DNA of 64,000 nucleotides from an uncultured Lachnospiraceae bacterium (GTDB lineage: Bacteria; Bacillota; Clostridia; Lachnospirales; Lachnospiraceae): assembly GCA_910585545.1 (NCBI GenBank), contig CAJUFN010000005.1:28954-92953 (forward strand), written 5' to 3'. A program made the translations under genes and the position numbers. The first letter of the stretch is position 1. Each line of letters begins with the position of its first letter. The notes under the pieces are model-generated. The model searched no databases, was not told where the DNA came from, and was given only the letters and a program-made list of their open reading frames with translations. Positions 18,601 through 28,345 of the stretch are shown here, piece by piece.

Positions 18601-19312
18601 TTCTGCCCATCTCAGATTCCGGATATGGCTCTTTCCATTGCTCTCTGTGGTAAGGATCATCCTTTGGCGCATAGATGTAAGTATTCATCTTATGTGCACC
18701 ATAGAATCGAATCTGATCCAAACGATCCTGATGTGTCCATGGAGTTCCGTAGAAACCTTCGATGGTTCCTCTTGTTGTCATAGTAGGCTCGTCACTGATA
18801 ATCGCCTCACGTGCTTTAAGTCCGTCTTCATTTACGGATAACTGAGTCAATGTCTGTACTCCATAATATGTACCAACGCCATCTTTTCCTTCAATTACGA
18901 TCGTATCGTCATCAACGCCTAATACATATCCTTCTTCTTTCAATGAATCTGCATCTGCCAAATTCATTTCTGCTTTTGCCGCATCCAACTCGGCAATCTC
19001 ATCATCTGCTTCACCGATGATCAATGTCGTAGAAGCAGCATCAAACGTCTCGTTTACCTCAATGCCATTCTCACTTAAAAATGCTTTCAAACTTTTTACT
19101 GCGTCCTGATCAGCAACATCTTCACCTTTGATGTTTACAGATGAAGTAAATGTAAGCATTTCATCCACAAGTGTTACATTCTTAGGTGCCGGTACGAACT
19201 GAGGTTCAAATAATGAACCTTCTGCACTAGCAGGCATAGCCGGAACAACGCCTATTACAAGACTTGCAAACATCCCGACTGCAATTACTTTTTTCATGTT
19301 CTTAAATTTCAT
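15677..19312 (-). CDS. Cell-surface GH84 beta-N-acetylglucosaminidase (O-GlcNAcase/NagJ-like) with PKD-like, F5/8-type-C/CBM32-like and FIVAR-like repeat modules
   Basis: It has a signal peptide and the GH84 core motifs RGTIEGFYGTPWTHQDRLDQIRFYGAHKMNTYIYAPKDDPYH and the Asp pair IFYDDIS. A discoidin-like segment is present (ALGKNATATSY...KWCA). There are 4-5 helical repeats (DAAYDVLLAKV, DAYDALMAAKEGL, DDAYSVLLQAIFGL, DAAVAALNKAVEGL). The C-terminus ends ...AAKTGDGANAAIPVATGLAAVLAAIIAWKKK. Confidence 0.85.
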   Translation of the reverse strand: MKFKNMKKVIAVGMFASLVIGVVPAMPASAEGSLFEPQFVPAPKNVTLVDEMLTFTSSVNIKGEDVADQDAVKSLKAFLSENGIEVNETFDAASTTLIIGEADDEIAELDAAKAEMNLADADSLKEEGYVLGVDDDTIVIEGKDGVGTYYGVQTLTQLSVNEDGLKAREAIISDEPTMTTRGTIEGFYGTPWTHQDRLDQIRFYGAHKMNTYIYAPKDDPYHREQWKEPYPESEMGRMNELIQTAKENKVDFVFALSPGNSIRFTGEAGEADFQALMNKCEAMYEMGVRSYAIFYDDISNKDGANQAALLNRFNQEFVKVKGDVTPLITVPTEYDTNAMSAGPVLNQYTKAFSETLEEGIRVLWTGTAVVPEGINVDNAQFVKSIYGERIGIWWNYPVTDYITNKLGLGPVYGLEKGLADELDFLVVNPMEHAELSKISIATGADYAWNTAEYDYDRSFVNSIDLLYGDLAPYMYTFANHSSRLVAGWASTGRADAPEVRALMDTFIKKIAKGEDASAEIAALTEEFDNMILAADTLKAEFSAEQLSHCSANLDKLKLLGQKDKIALEVFIAIGEGDDARVAELRRSLGSASSLTSGKLVSEGTAVQFVKDALDYDPNPTAGFTVSNTFVVPGQEIQLTNTSSISSTNLKWTMKGANIKTSREENPVISYAQEGIYTIQLVASNKLGEDTVVQENVITVSEDAAKTFTNVALGKNATATSYTGASEAPGKAIDGISSTKWCATGYNRPHTLTIDLGEVATVGSIVISHAEIGGEGSGLNTQAYRVQVSEDGSNYKEVVSVTDNKAGLTTDAFPVSLARYVKLIVDRPTQGGDSAARIYEVEVMGLEEAIELPDIYEEVPVESNKEDLEALIEYAQSQMENEDYASVIPAVRTAFEEALDTANDVKEDVTATQAEVDAAYDVLLAKVHLLSFIGGDSSDLKTEYEVLNGYDLNAYTEESANALANALAKAKEILDLGENALAGDIKDAYDALMAAKEGLVRRPVNKAKLEALVVQGEGYAAEAEKYISVEDLNTALEAANAVLALSDAEITQQKIDDAYSVLLQAIFGLREKPNKEALKDLIKDVEAINLSNYTAETASAVKAVLAYANEIFADETADQDRVDAAVAALNKAVEGLEVSAGTPSEGDDKVAAGDKTDDKVASDTTGGKTTSTTTNKKAGNTAAKTGDGANAAIPVATGLAAVLAAIIAWKKK

Positions 19313-19399
19313 AGTCTTTTTTTCCCTCCGTAAAACTTTCTTTTATTTCATCTCAAAACAATAACTCTTTTTCAAATTTTCCTATCACCTTACCTTTCT

Positions 19400-20656
19400 T
19401 TACTCATATAATGGATATTTATCACAGATTTCGGTCACTGCTGCTCTGATTTCATCTGCTTTTGTTTCAAAATCAGTAACCGTCATCTTGATCAATTTAG
19501 CGATGACTTTCATGTCATCTTCTTTCAATCCCCTTGTCGTTACCGCCGGAGTACCTATACGTACGCCACTTGTAACAAATGGGCTTTGCGGGTCGTTTGG
19601 AACCGCATTTTTATTTACAGTAATATATACTTCATCAAGGCGATGCTGCAATTCTTTTCCGGTAATTCCCATATTCTGTAGATCTACCAGCATAAGATGA
19701 TTATCTGTTCCGCCGGATACAAGATTGAAGCCTTCTTCCATCAGTGCCTCTGCCAGTGCTTTCGCGTTCCCAATCACCTGTTCCTGATAAGCTTTAAACT
19801 CCGGTTTCATCGCTTCGCCAAAACAAATTGCTTTTGCTCCAATGATATGTTCTAACGGACCACCCTGGGTTCCAGGGAAAATTGCCTTATTGATTGCTTT
19901 TGCATGCTCTTCCTTACAAAGGATAAGACCTCCTCTTGGTCCGCGCAGCGTCTTATGTGTAGTCGTTGTCACGACATCTGCATACGGAACCGGACTCTGA
20001 TGAAGTCCTGCCGCCACAAGTCCCGCGATATGTGCCATATCAATAAATAAAATCGCACCGACTTCTTTAGCAATTTCACTCAATCTTTCAAAATCAATCG
20101 CTCTTGGATAAGCGCTTGCGCCGCCAACGATCATTTTCGGTCTGCATTCTAATGCCATTCTTCTAATCTCATCATAATCTAAAAATCCTTCGTCATTGAC
20201 GCTGTATGGTACAAAATGATAATTAAGTCCAGATGCGTTCACCGGTGAACCGTGTGTCAAATGCCCGCCATGATCAAGGTTCAGTCCCATAACTGTATCG
20301 CCAAGCTGCAAAAATGCCTGATACACAGCCAGGTTTGCATTTGCACCAGAATGTGGCTGTACACATGCATGATCTGCGCCAAAAAGTTTCTTTGCACGTT
20401 CAATTGCAATATTTTCTAAAATATCTACCTCTTCACATCCACCATAATATCTTTTTCCCGGATATCCTTCCGCGTATTTATTCGTTGCAACGGTTCCCAT
20501 TGCAAGCATTACCTCTGGACTTACGATATTTTCGGAAGCAATCAGTTCTAAATTTCTTCTCTGACGTGCCAGCTCTCCATAAAGAGCTTTTCCCACTTCC
20601 TCATCATATTTTGTGACAAAATCCATTACCTCTGTTACCATTCCCATGTCCATCAT
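19400..20656 (-). CDS. glyA: Serine hydroxymethyltransferase
   Basis: Motifs [11 protein letters not shown] and [14 protein letters not shown] (PLP-lysine motif) are present. The exact start among the MMDMGM codons is uncertain. Confidence 0.92.
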   Translation of the reverse strand: MMDMGMVTEVMDFVTKYDEEVGKALYGELARQRRNLELIASENIVSPEVMLAMGTVATNKYAEGYPGKRYYGGCEEVDILENIAIERAKKLFGADHACVQPHSGANANLAVYQAFLQLGDTVMGLNLDHGGHLTHGSPVNASGLNYHFVPYSVNDEGFLDYDEIRRMALECRPKMIVGGASAYPRAIDFERLSEIAKEVGAILFIDMAHIAGLVAAGLHQSPVPYADVVTTTTHKTLRGPRGGLILCKEEHAKAINKAIFPGTQGGPLEHIIGAKAICFGEAMKPEFKAYQEQVIGNAKALAEALMEEGFNLVSGGTDNHLMLVDLQNMGITGKELQHRLDEVYITVNKNAVPNDPQSPFVTSGVRIGTPAVTTRGLKEDDMKVIAKLIKMTVTDFETKADEIRAAVTEICDKYPLYE

Positions 20657-20733
20657 CTCCTGTTTCTTGTTAAATTTTGCTTTGTAATCTGCTGGTATTA
20701 TTGTATATGAATACCAGTAATGCTGTCAATCTT

Positions 20734-22020
20734 CTATTGTCCTAGAAGATAATCTATAAATTGCTGCGCGGTTCTCCCTGACAGACCTCCATGCGACAAT
20801 TCCCATTTGTTTGCTTCCAGCAAAAGCTTCTCTTCCTCCATCTCGATACCGCTGCGTTTCGCAAGTGTCTTGACAATCTCCTGAAATTCTTTCTTCACTG
20901 GTTTTCCAAAATAAACAGATACGCCAAATCTTGCTACTAACGATAATTTTTCCTGAACCGTATCATTCGTGTGAAGATCATCGTCACGCTCATTCTTATC
21001 ACTGAATTTTTCACGTACCAGATGCCTGCGGTTTGAAGTTGCATAGATAAGCACGTTATCCGGCTTACGCTCCAGCCCTCCCTCGATTACGGCTTTTAAA
21101 TATTTATATTCGATCTCAAATTCTTCAAAAGACAAATCATCCATATAGATGATAAATTTATAATTTCTGTTTTTAATCTGAGAAATCACCGCATTCAAAT
21201 CCTGAAACTGATGCTTATACACTTCTATCATCCGAAGTCCTCTATCATAATACTGATTTAGAATTGCCTTGATAGATGTAGACTTTCCTGTACCTGCATC
21301 CCCATACAAAAGACAGTTGTTTGCACGTTTGCCTTCTACAAATGCTTTCGTATTATCAACAAGTTTCTTCTTTGGAATCTCATATCCTATCAAATCATCC
21401 AGATGTACGTGTGCAATCTTTGTGATCGGTACGATCTCCACGCCTTCCTCGGTATGTTCTATCCGAAATGCCTTGTGGAGCCCTAATTTTCCTACTCCAA
21501 ACTCTTTATAAAACTGTGTCAAAATATATTTAAATTCCTCTGCATCCTTCGCTTCTCCAAGCGCTTTTGCCAGTGCACAGATACGATCCCGGATTCTTTG
21601 GTTATATACCTTTCCCATTACTTCTACGTTTTTATAATCTTCCAGCAGCAAAAAACATCCTGTCCCAAGACTTCGATCAATTTTTTTCAAGTCATAATCA
21701 AACAATTCCTTGAAGATCTCAAAGTCATGCAGCGCAACCGCATTGATACTTCCTTTCACCTCTCCTGTAATCTCACAGGCAGTGCTATATGCATTCTCAT
21801 CATTTGCCAGAAGTAATGTAAGATAAGTATGCCAAAGATTCCCTTCAAATCCATGACTTTCTGAAATCTCCAGAATTTCGTTCATACATTCAAATAAAAG
21901 CGTCTTTAAATCTTCTGCGTTATAATACTCATTTTCATAGTTTTCCATCAGGAAAGTCATATCCTTTAAAATCTTTCCTTCTTCCATATGCCTGTACAAC
22001 AAAAGTTCGTTCGTTCTCAT
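20734..22020 (-). CDS. DUF815-family AAA-type ATP-binding protein
   Basis: It has the Walker A motif LLYGDAGTGKST, a Walker B-like segment FIIYMDDLSF, and NVLIYATSNRRHLV. The pattern matches what I recall of the DUF815 family. Confidence 0.65.
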   Translation of the reverse strand: MRTNELLLYRHMEEGKILKDMTFLMENYENEYYNAEDLKTLLFECMNEILEISESHGFEGNLWHTYLTLLLANDENAYSTACEITGEVKGSINAVALHDFEIFKELFDYDLKKIDRSLGTGCFLLLEDYKNVEVMGKVYNQRIRDRICALAKALGEAKDAEEFKYILTQFYKEFGVGKLGLHKAFRIEHTEEGVEIVPITKIAHVHLDDLIGYEIPKKKLVDNTKAFVEGKRANNCLLYGDAGTGKSTSIKAILNQYYDRGLRMIEVYKHQFQDLNAVISQIKNRNYKFIIYMDDLSFEEFEIEYKYLKAVIEGGLERKPDNVLIYATSNRRHLVREKFSDKNERDDDLHTNDTVQEKLSLVARFGVSVYFGKPVKKEFQEIVKTLAKRSGIEMEEEKLLLEANKWELSHGGLSGRTAQQFIDYLLGQ

Positions 22021-22040
22021 ACTTCTTCCTTCTTTACTGT

Positions 22041-23171
22041 CTAATAATTACCAAGTATTTTTAAACTTTTGGCTTCTTCCCTCAATCCGCGGATCGCATT
22101 TTTGACTGCCCCGTCCGCAAGATTGCCCTCAAAATCCACGAAAAACCGATACTCCCAAGGCCGCTCTTCAATCGGTCTTGATTCGATCTTCGTCATGTTT
22201 AAGTCATTATAGATAAAATGAGACAATATCTCATACAAAGAACCACTCTCATGCGGTACTTCGAAGCAGATGCTGATTTTCGAAGCATCCTTTAAGAATA
22301 CCTTCTGATTCGTGATCACAATAAATCTGGTAGAATTGCTGCTGCTAAAATTAATATCTTTTTCCAGTATCTCCAGCTTATGTATCTTCGCTGCATATTC
22401 GCTGCATATTGCAGCCTGTGCCTTATCCTTGTCGTCTAATATTTTCCGTGCAGCCAATGCAGTATTCGATATGCTTAACTGCTCCCAGTTTCTGTGCTCG
22501 TCCAGATATTTCTCACATTGCATCAAGCCTTGCGGATGAGAATATACTCTTTTAATATCTTCTTTTTTTGTTCCCGGCAGCACAGACAGCGTATGTGTAA
22601 TCGGCAAAACTGTCTCGCCTACAATATAATTTTCAAATTCTACAAGAAGATCATATACTTGATTGACCGCCCCGGCAGAAGAATTTTCAATCGGAAGCAC
22701 TGCAAAATCTGCACTTCCTTCTTCTATTGCCTCCATCACATCACGAAAGGTCGTCACAGAAAAACTATTGGTTTCTTTTCCAAAAAACTTTTCCATTGCC
22801 GCCTGTGTATAAGCTCCCTTCGTTCCCGGATATACGATTCTGGAATTTTCAATATCAAGTTTATCAATGCCTATAAACGGCAGCCTTCCAAGCACTCCTT
22901 TTTCCGTCAGCATCTGATACTGAAGCTTACGGCTCATAGACATCAGCTGCTTATACAACTCTCTGATACCCTTTTTATGAAATTCCCCTTCTACTTTTTC
23001 AGAAACCGCTGAAATTTTCTCTTTTTCACGCTGCTTATCAAATACTTTCTTCCCTGTGTCTATCTTATAATTTGCTACTTCCGCACATACTTTCATGCGT
23101 CTTTGATACAAGCTTACGATTTCATTATCTATCTTATCAATCTCTTCTCTTAGTAAATTTAAATCTGCCAT
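22041..23171 (-). CDS. pheA: Bifunctional chorismate mutase / prephenate dehydratase
   Basis: The N-terminus is a CM domain (LREEIDKIDNEIVSLYQRRM). The PDT core contains TRF(IVI) and ESRP motifs, and the C-terminus is ACT-like. Confidence 0.88.
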   Translation of the reverse strand: MADLNLLREEIDKIDNEIVSLYQRRMKVCAEVANYKIDTGKKVFDKQREKEKISAVSEKVEGEFHKKGIRELYKQLMSMSRKLQYQMLTEKGVLGRLPFIGIDKLDIENSRIVYPGTKGAYTQAAMEKFFGKETNSFSVTTFRDVMEAIEEGSADFAVLPIENSSAGAVNQVYDLLVEFENYIVGETVLPITHTLSVLPGTKKEDIKRVYSHPQGLMQCEKYLDEHRNWEQLSISNTALAARKILDDKDKAQAAICSEYAAKIHKLEILEKDINFSSSNSTRFIVITNQKVFLKDASKISICFEVPHESGSLYEILSHFIYNDLNMTKIESRPIEERPWEYRFFVDFEGNLADGAVKNAIRGLREEAKSLKILGNY

Positions 23172-23219
23172 GTCCCCACCTTACTTTCAAAATTCTTTTT
23201 TATTATAATACAGAAAAGG

Positions 23220-23248
23220 TTGAAATAAAAGTATTTTTATTATATGAT
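23220..23248 (+). promoter_or_regulatory. Candidate sigma-A promoter of pyrBI
   Basis: The pattern is TTGAAA, a 17-nt spacer, then TATGAT, about 45 nt upstream of the pyrB ATG. Confidence 0.5.
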
Positions 23249-23292
23249 ATTGGGAAGCAAAATGATGCCATTACATACCAAGGAGGTTCTTT

Positions 23293-24213
23293 ATGAGACA
23301 TTTAATGAGTCCTTTGGACTTAACGGTTGAAGAATTAGACAATATTTTAAATTTAGCAAATGACATTGAGCTTCATCCTGAGAAATATGCACACGCATGT
23401 GAGGGGAAGAAGCTTGCTACATTATTCTATGAGCCAAGTACACGTACCAGATTAAGCCATGAGGCTGCAATGTTAAATTTAGGGGGCAGTGTTCTTGGCT
23501 TTTCTTCTGCGGATTCCTGCTCTGCATCCAAAGGAGAAAGTGTATCCGATACGATCCGCATGGTTTCCTGTTATGCAGACATCTGTGCGATGCGTCATCC
23601 AAAAGAAGGCGCTCCGATGGTTGCATGCCGCCACTCTTCTATCCCTGTCATCAATGCAGGCGACGGCGGACACCAGCATCCGACTCAGACTTTGACAGAC
23701 CTGCTCACGATCCGTTCTTTAAAAGGACGTTTGGATAATTTGAAAATCGGGCTTTGCGGAGATCTGAAATTCGGGCGTACTGTACATTCCCTCATTCATG
23801 CGCTGGTACGATACACCGGAATTGAATTCGTACTCATCTCTCCTGAGGAACTTCGCCTTCCAGGCTATATGCGTGAAGATGTGCTTGAGAAACACAACGT
23901 TCCTTATAAAGAAGTTGTCCGTATGGAAGAAGCGCTTCCTGAACTTGACATTCTCTACATGACACGCGTGCAAAAAGAGCGTTTCTTTAATGAAGAAGAC
24001 TATGTGCGTATGAAAGATTTCTATATTCTTGACGCAAAAAAAATGGAGCTTGCAAACGAAGATATGCTTGTGCTTCATCCTCTTCCGAGGGTAAATGAAA
24101 TCGCGGTAGAAGTTGATAAGGACCCACGTGCCGCTTACTTTAAACAGGTACAATACGGAGTATATGTACGAATGGCGCTTATCTTAACACTTCTTGAAAT
24201 TGACGTAAAATAA
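23293..24213 (+). CDS. pyrB: Aspartate carbamoyltransferase catalytic subunit
   Basis: Motifs [13 protein letters not shown](TL) and HPLPR are present. The RBS is AAGGAGG. Confidence 0.93.
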   Translation: MRHLMSPLDLTVEELDNILNLANDIELHPEKYAHACEGKKLATLFYEPSTRTRLSHEAAMLNLGGSVLGFSSADSCSASKGESVSDTIRMVSCYADICAMRHPKEGAPMVACRHSSIPVINAGDGGHQHPTQTLTDLLTIRSLKGRLDNLKIGLCGDLKFGRTVHSLIHALVRYTGIEFVLISPEELRLPGYMREDVLEKHNVPYKEVVRMEEALPELDILYMTRVQKERFFNEEDYVRMKDFYILDAKKMELANEDMLVLHPLPRVNEIAVEVDKDPRAAYFKQVQYGVYVRMALILTLLEIDVK

Positions 24214-24225
24214 GGAGGAGCACTT

Positions 24226-24690
24226 ATGTTGAATATTAAAGATAAAAGTAAATTAAATGTCAGCGGCATCGAAGAAGGTTTCGTACTTGACCATATTCAA
24301 GCCGGGAAATCCATGGATATCTATAAATATTTAAAACTTGATAAGCTTGACTGTACTGTTGCCATTATCAAAAATGCAAAAAGCAGCAAAATGGGTAAAA
24401 AAGATATCATCAAGATCGAATGCCCGATTGATTTCATTGATTTGGACGTGCTTGGTTTTATCGATCACAATATTACGATCAATATTATTCAAAACGACAA
24501 GATTGTAGAAAAGAAACGTCTCCATCTTCCAAAAGAAATTACAAATGTGATCAAATGCAAAAACCCTCGCTGTATTACTTCCATTGAACAGGAGTTAGAA
24601 CATGTCTTCGTTCTTACCGATGAAGAAAAGCAAGTGTACCGCTGTAAATATTGTGAAGAAAAATACGAAGGACGCTTACACAAAAAATAA
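24226..24690 (+). CDS. pyrI: Aspartate carbamoyltransferase regulatory subunit
   Basis: The protein is 154 aa with a C-terminal Zn-binding Cys pattern (CKNPRCIT...YRCKYCE). It lies immediately after pyrB. Confidence 0.9.
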   Translation: MLNIKDKSKLNVSGIEEGFVLDHIQAGKSMDIYKYLKLDKLDCTVAIIKNAKSSKMGKKDIIKIECPIDFIDLDVLGFIDHNITINIIQNDKIVEKKRLHLPKEITNVIKCKNPRCITSIEQELEHVFVLTDEEKQVYRCKYCEEKYEGRLHKK

Positions 24691-24700
24691 AAGTCAAAAA

Positions 24701-24740
24701 AATGAGGTCTTGGTCTTCATGCCAACACCTCATTCTTTGT
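24701..24740 (+). terminator. pyrBI intrinsic terminator
   Basis: The arms aatgaggtcttgg and ccaacacctcatt pair at 12 of 13 positions and are followed by ctttgtt. Confidence 0.6.
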
Positions 24741-24773
24741 TCTATTTCTCTTAGTCTGTATCTTAATCTGTTT

Positions 24774-25120
24774 CCAGCAAGACGATAAGCCGGGTTATGT
24801 CGTTGAACGGTCATCTATCTAGTCTTAGCGTTGCCGCCAAGCTCGAGCAACCTACCTAAAACGTGACGGGCCGCCACATTGTTTTTATTCGGTCTTGCTT
24901 CGGATGGGGTTTACATGGCCCCTGTTGTTACCAACAGGGCGGTAGTCTCTTACACTGCCTTTCCACCCTTACGTCAGCACTGCTGACGCGGTATATCTCT
25001 GTTGCACTGGCCTTGGAGTCGCCTCCACCGGACGTTATCCGGCATCCTGCCCTGTGAAGCCCGGACTTTCCTCGCCTGCGTCCTTTCGGAACTTGCAGCC
25101 GCGACCGTCTGTCTTACTGG
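24774..25120 (-). ncRNA. rnpB: RNase P RNA
   Basis: The minus strand carries the universal GAGGAAAGUCCGGGCUUCACAGGGCAGGAUGCCGGAUAACGUCCGG segment (plus-strand 25059-25073 is gcccggactttcctc). The 3' ...ACAUAACCCGGCUUAUCGUCUUGCUGG pairs with the 5' CCAGUAAGACAGACGG to form P1. The length is about 347 nt. End points are approximate to within about 5 nt. Confidence 0.9.
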
Positions 25121-25168
25121 AACACTGTCTGCTATTTTATCATGGATGATTTTGATTGTAAACCCTAT

Positions 25169-25651
25169 TTATGCGTCTTTCAATCCTTCGTCAATAATCA
25201 AGTCCTCGCCATCTGCTGCCATTGTCGCCAATGTATCACATCTTTCATTCTGAACATGGCCGTCATGACCTTTGACCCAGCAAAACGTAACCTGATGCTG
25301 CTCCTTTGCTGATAGCAGACGTTTCCACAAATCCACATTTTTCACAGGTTCATTCTTTCCACGCTTCCAATTCTTTTTCAGCCAGCTATCTATCCAGTGC
25401 TGATTAAACGCGTCTACCACATATTTGGAATCCGAATACACTTCCACCTGACATGGCCGATTTAATGCTTCCAATCCTGCGATAACCGCCATAAGCTCCA
25501 TCCGGTTATTCGTAGTCCTTACATATCCCTTTGATATTTCTTTTGTATGAAGATTTCCCTTCGTATCCACATATTCAAGTACCGTCCCAAAACCTCCCGG
25601 ACCGTCCGGATTGCCTCTCGCCGCTCCATCCGTATATATTTTCACCTGCAT
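25169..25651 (-). CDS. rnhA: Ribonuclease HI
   Basis: Motifs VKIYTDGAARGNPDGPGGFG, NNRMELMA and VKGHDGH..NERCD are present. The start is at MQVKIY, with the RBS GGGGAGGAA. Confidence 0.9.
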   Translation of the reverse strand: MQVKIYTDGAARGNPDGPGGFGTVLEYVDTKGNLHTKEISKGYVRTTNNRMELMAVIAGLEALNRPCQVEVYSDSKYVVDAFNQHWIDSWLKKNWKRGKNEPVKNVDLWKRLLSAKEQHQVTFCWVKGHDGHVQNERCDTLATMAADGEDLIIDEGLKDA

Positions 25652-25770
25652 GTTTCTATTCCTCCCCTGTATTTTTCTCATACATATGTTACAAATTACA
25701 GCACATATAATTAAGATAACACATTTTTCTTCTTTTGGAAATTTCTCTGCGTATTTTCCTTATAAGTTGT

Positions 25771-27243
25771 TTAAATAATAATACATACCATGCCGCCATT
25801 GCTGTCATTGACAATTTTCTGCATCGTATCTTGCAGCTTCGATTGACTTTCTTCCGTAATCATTGACATTTTGTTACGCATGCCGTCTTCCACCAAATCT
25901 TCGATGGACTTTCCAAATATATTGGTATCCCACATACCATTTTCACTTTCTCCTGCCGCCTTAATATATTCCGCAAGATCCTGTGCCTGCTTTTCATCTC
26001 CTACAATCGGTGCGATTTCCGTTTCGATATTGGCACGGATCAAATGAATAGATGGCGCCTGAGATTTGATTTTCACACCATACTTGTTCCCCTGACGAAT
26101 GATAACCGGCTCTTCCAGTTTGATTTCATCCCGTTTTGGACTGACCATACCGTAACCTTTCATCCGCACGGAAGAAAGCGCATCCTTGACATTTTCAAAT
26201 TCTTTTTGCATCGTAGAAAACTTTTTCATAACACTCAACAGTTCATATTCGCTTTCGATATGCATTCCTGTCATCTCACTTAGCATTTCATAATAATGAA
26301 CTTTGGCAACTTCAATCTGTATCCGTACCGTTCCGGTATCCATACAGATTTCCTGTACTTTTGCACCGGATAAATAGGTTCCGCCTGGTTTCTTGATATC
26401 GCCTCCTACATCTTGAATCTTATGTATGCTGTCCATAATCTCTTTCACATATTGAAGCAATTCTTCTTTGATACAATGTGTCCTCGGCAGCATTTCTACC
26501 CATTTTGGAATATAAAATTCTACTTCCACTACCGGAAATTCAAACAATACCTTCTCCATAATATGATGGATGTCTTCCTCTCTTAATTGTTCACAGTTAA
26601 CCGCAAGCGCTTCTACACCATATTTGGCCTTTAATTCTTCCACGACTGCTTTGGCCTCGTTTCCATACGGCTTCACCGTATTGACAAGCACAAGAAATGG
26701 CTTCTTGATTGCCTGGAGCTCTTCTATGGTCTGTTTTTCCGGTTCTATGTAATTCTCCCGTCCAAGTTCTCCGATCGTTCCATCGGTCGTGATCACAATG
26801 CCTATTGTCGCATGATCATGAATCACTTTCTTTGTTCCAATACTTGCCGCTTTCGTAAATGGGATCTCCACATCGAACCATGGTGTTTTCACCTGACGTT
26901 CTTCTTCATTTTCAATATGCCCTGCCGCTCCTTTCACCATGTACCCCACACAATCAATCAATCTTACCTTTACCGGTACCCCTTCGCCAAGCATGATCTC
27001 GGCTGCTTCTTTTGGTACAAATTTTGGTTCCGTCGTCATGATCGTCCTCCCGGACGCGGATTGCGGCAGCTCGTCTTTGGTACGCATCTTCGCATTCTCA
27101 TCTGCCATTTTGGGAATGACAAGCAAATCCATAAACCGTTTGATAAATGTCGATTTTCCCGTTCTGACAGGTCCTACTACACCTAAGTAAATCTCACCGT
27201 TTGTCCTTGTCTGTATGTCCTTGTATAAATGAAACGTATCCAT
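25771..27243 (-). CDS. spoIVA: Stage IV sporulation protein A (spore-coat morphogenetic ATPase)
   Basis: The N-terminus reads DIQTRTNGEIYLGVVGPVRTGKSTFIKRFMDLLVIP and the C-terminal tail is conserved. The start is placed at MDTFHLY (RBS AAGGGGGT). The longest ORF reaches 27282. Confidence 0.9.
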   Translation of the reverse strand: MDTFHLYKDIQTRTNGEIYLGVVGPVRTGKSTFIKRFMDLLVIPKMADENAKMRTKDELPQSASGRTIMTTEPKFVPKEAAEIMLGEGVPVKVRLIDCVGYMVKGAAGHIENEEERQVKTPWFDVEIPFTKAASIGTKKVIHDHATIGIVITTDGTIGELGRENYIEPEKQTIEELQAIKKPFLVLVNTVKPYGNEAKAVVEELKAKYGVEALAVNCEQLREEDIHHIMEKVLFEFPVVEVEFYIPKWVEMLPRTHCIKEELLQYVKEIMDSIHKIQDVGGDIKKPGGTYLSGAKVQEICMDTGTVRIQIEVAKVHYYEMLSEMTGMHIESEYELLSVMKKFSTMQKEFENVKDALSSVRMKGYGMVSPKRDEIKLEEPVIIRQGNKYGVKIKSQAPSIHLIRANIETEIAPIVGDEKQAQDLAEYIKAAGESENGMWDTNIFGKSIEDLVEDGMRNKMSMITEESQSKLQDTMQKIVNDSNGGMVCIII

Positions 27244-27325
27244 AAAAATACCCCCTTGCTGTGCTGTTATACTTATATGCACACAAAGAGGTATTTATTA
27301 TCATATCATTTCACTTTTTTTGATT

Positions 27326-28336
27326 TTAGCTCCATGGAAGCTCATTACTTTCAGTTTTTCCTTCACGGCCCATCAACTCTTTTACCGCTTCAGCAGCATT
27401 CTTGCCCTCAAAAAGCACTTTATTGATCTGTTCGATGATCGGTATACTTACCTCGTATTTTTTTGCAAGCTGTAATCCTGCTTTTGCAGAATAAACACCC
27501 TCTACCACCATCTGTACTTCTTCCATAGCTTCTTCCATCGTCTCGCCTTGCCCCATCAGATAACCTGCTTTACGGTTACGGCTGTGTACACTTGCACAGG
27601 TTACAATAAGATCTCCAATTCCGGTAAGACCTGCAAATGTCTGCATATGTCCGCCCATCTTAATCCCAAGACGCGCAATTTCAGCAATTCCTCTTGTAAT
27701 CAAAGCAGCTTTCGTATTATCTCCGTAGCCAAGGCCATCCGCAATTCCTGCCGCAAGCGCGATGACATTTTTTAATGCTCCGCCCACTTCGATTCCTATA
27801 ATATCCGGACTTATATAGACACGAAATACCTCGCTCATAAATACAGATTGAATGAATTCGGCAGTCTCTTTGTCCTTTGCTCCTGCCACACAGGTCGTCG
27901 GGAGCCCTCTTGCTACTTCTTCGGCATGGCTTGGTCCGGAAAGTACTGCCACATTGGCTCCTTTGATTTCTTCTTCAATCTGTTCTGTCAGGGTCATCAA
28001 TGTATCTTCTTCAATTCCTTTTGCCACATTGACAATGATCTGTCCTTCTTTGATATATGGCGAAACTTTTGCCGCTGTACTTCTTGTAAAAGTGGAAGGT
28101 ACTGCCATAACACAGATATCCTTTCCCTTTACCGCCTCTTCTATATCCGCAGTAACACAGATATTTTCCGGTACTTTCACTCCCGGCAATTTATCCTTAT
28201 GTTCCCTTTTTTCTCTAAGCATGCGGACTTCATCTTCGCTGATAGACCAGATTGTTACGTCATGCCCATTTTTACTAAGTAAGATACCAAGCGCAGTTCC
28301 CCAGCTTCCGGCTCCCAATATTCCTATCTTATTCAT
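27326..28336 (-). CDS. gpsA: NAD(P)H-dependent glycerol-3-phosphate dehydrogenase
   Basis: Motifs IGILGAGSWGTALG and GALKNVIALAAGI are present. Confidence 0.92.
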   Translation of the reverse strand: MNKIGILGAGSWGTALGILLSKNGHDVTIWSISEDEVRMLREKREHKDKLPGVKVPENICVTADIEEAVKGKDICVMAVPSTFTRSTAAKVSPYIKEGQIIVNVAKGIEEDTLMTLTEQIEEEIKGANVAVLSGPSHAEEVARGLPTTCVAGAKDKETAEFIQSVFMSEVFRVYISPDIIGIEVGGALKNVIALAAGIADGLGYGDNTKAALITRGIAEIARLGIKMGGHMQTFAGLTGIGDLIVTCASVHSRNRKAGYLMGQGETMEEAMEEVQMVVEGVYSAKAGLQLAKKYEVSIPIIEQINKVLFEGKNAAEAVKELMGREGKTESNELPWS

Positions 28337-28345
28337 AACTGCCTC

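Noticed and set aside
25121-25681. RNase H next to a structured RNA, considered as a possible retroelement or retron-like arrangement.
   Set aside because: The RNA is a canonical RNase P RNA. The protein is a standard 160-aa RNase HI with no reverse-transcriptase domain nearby.
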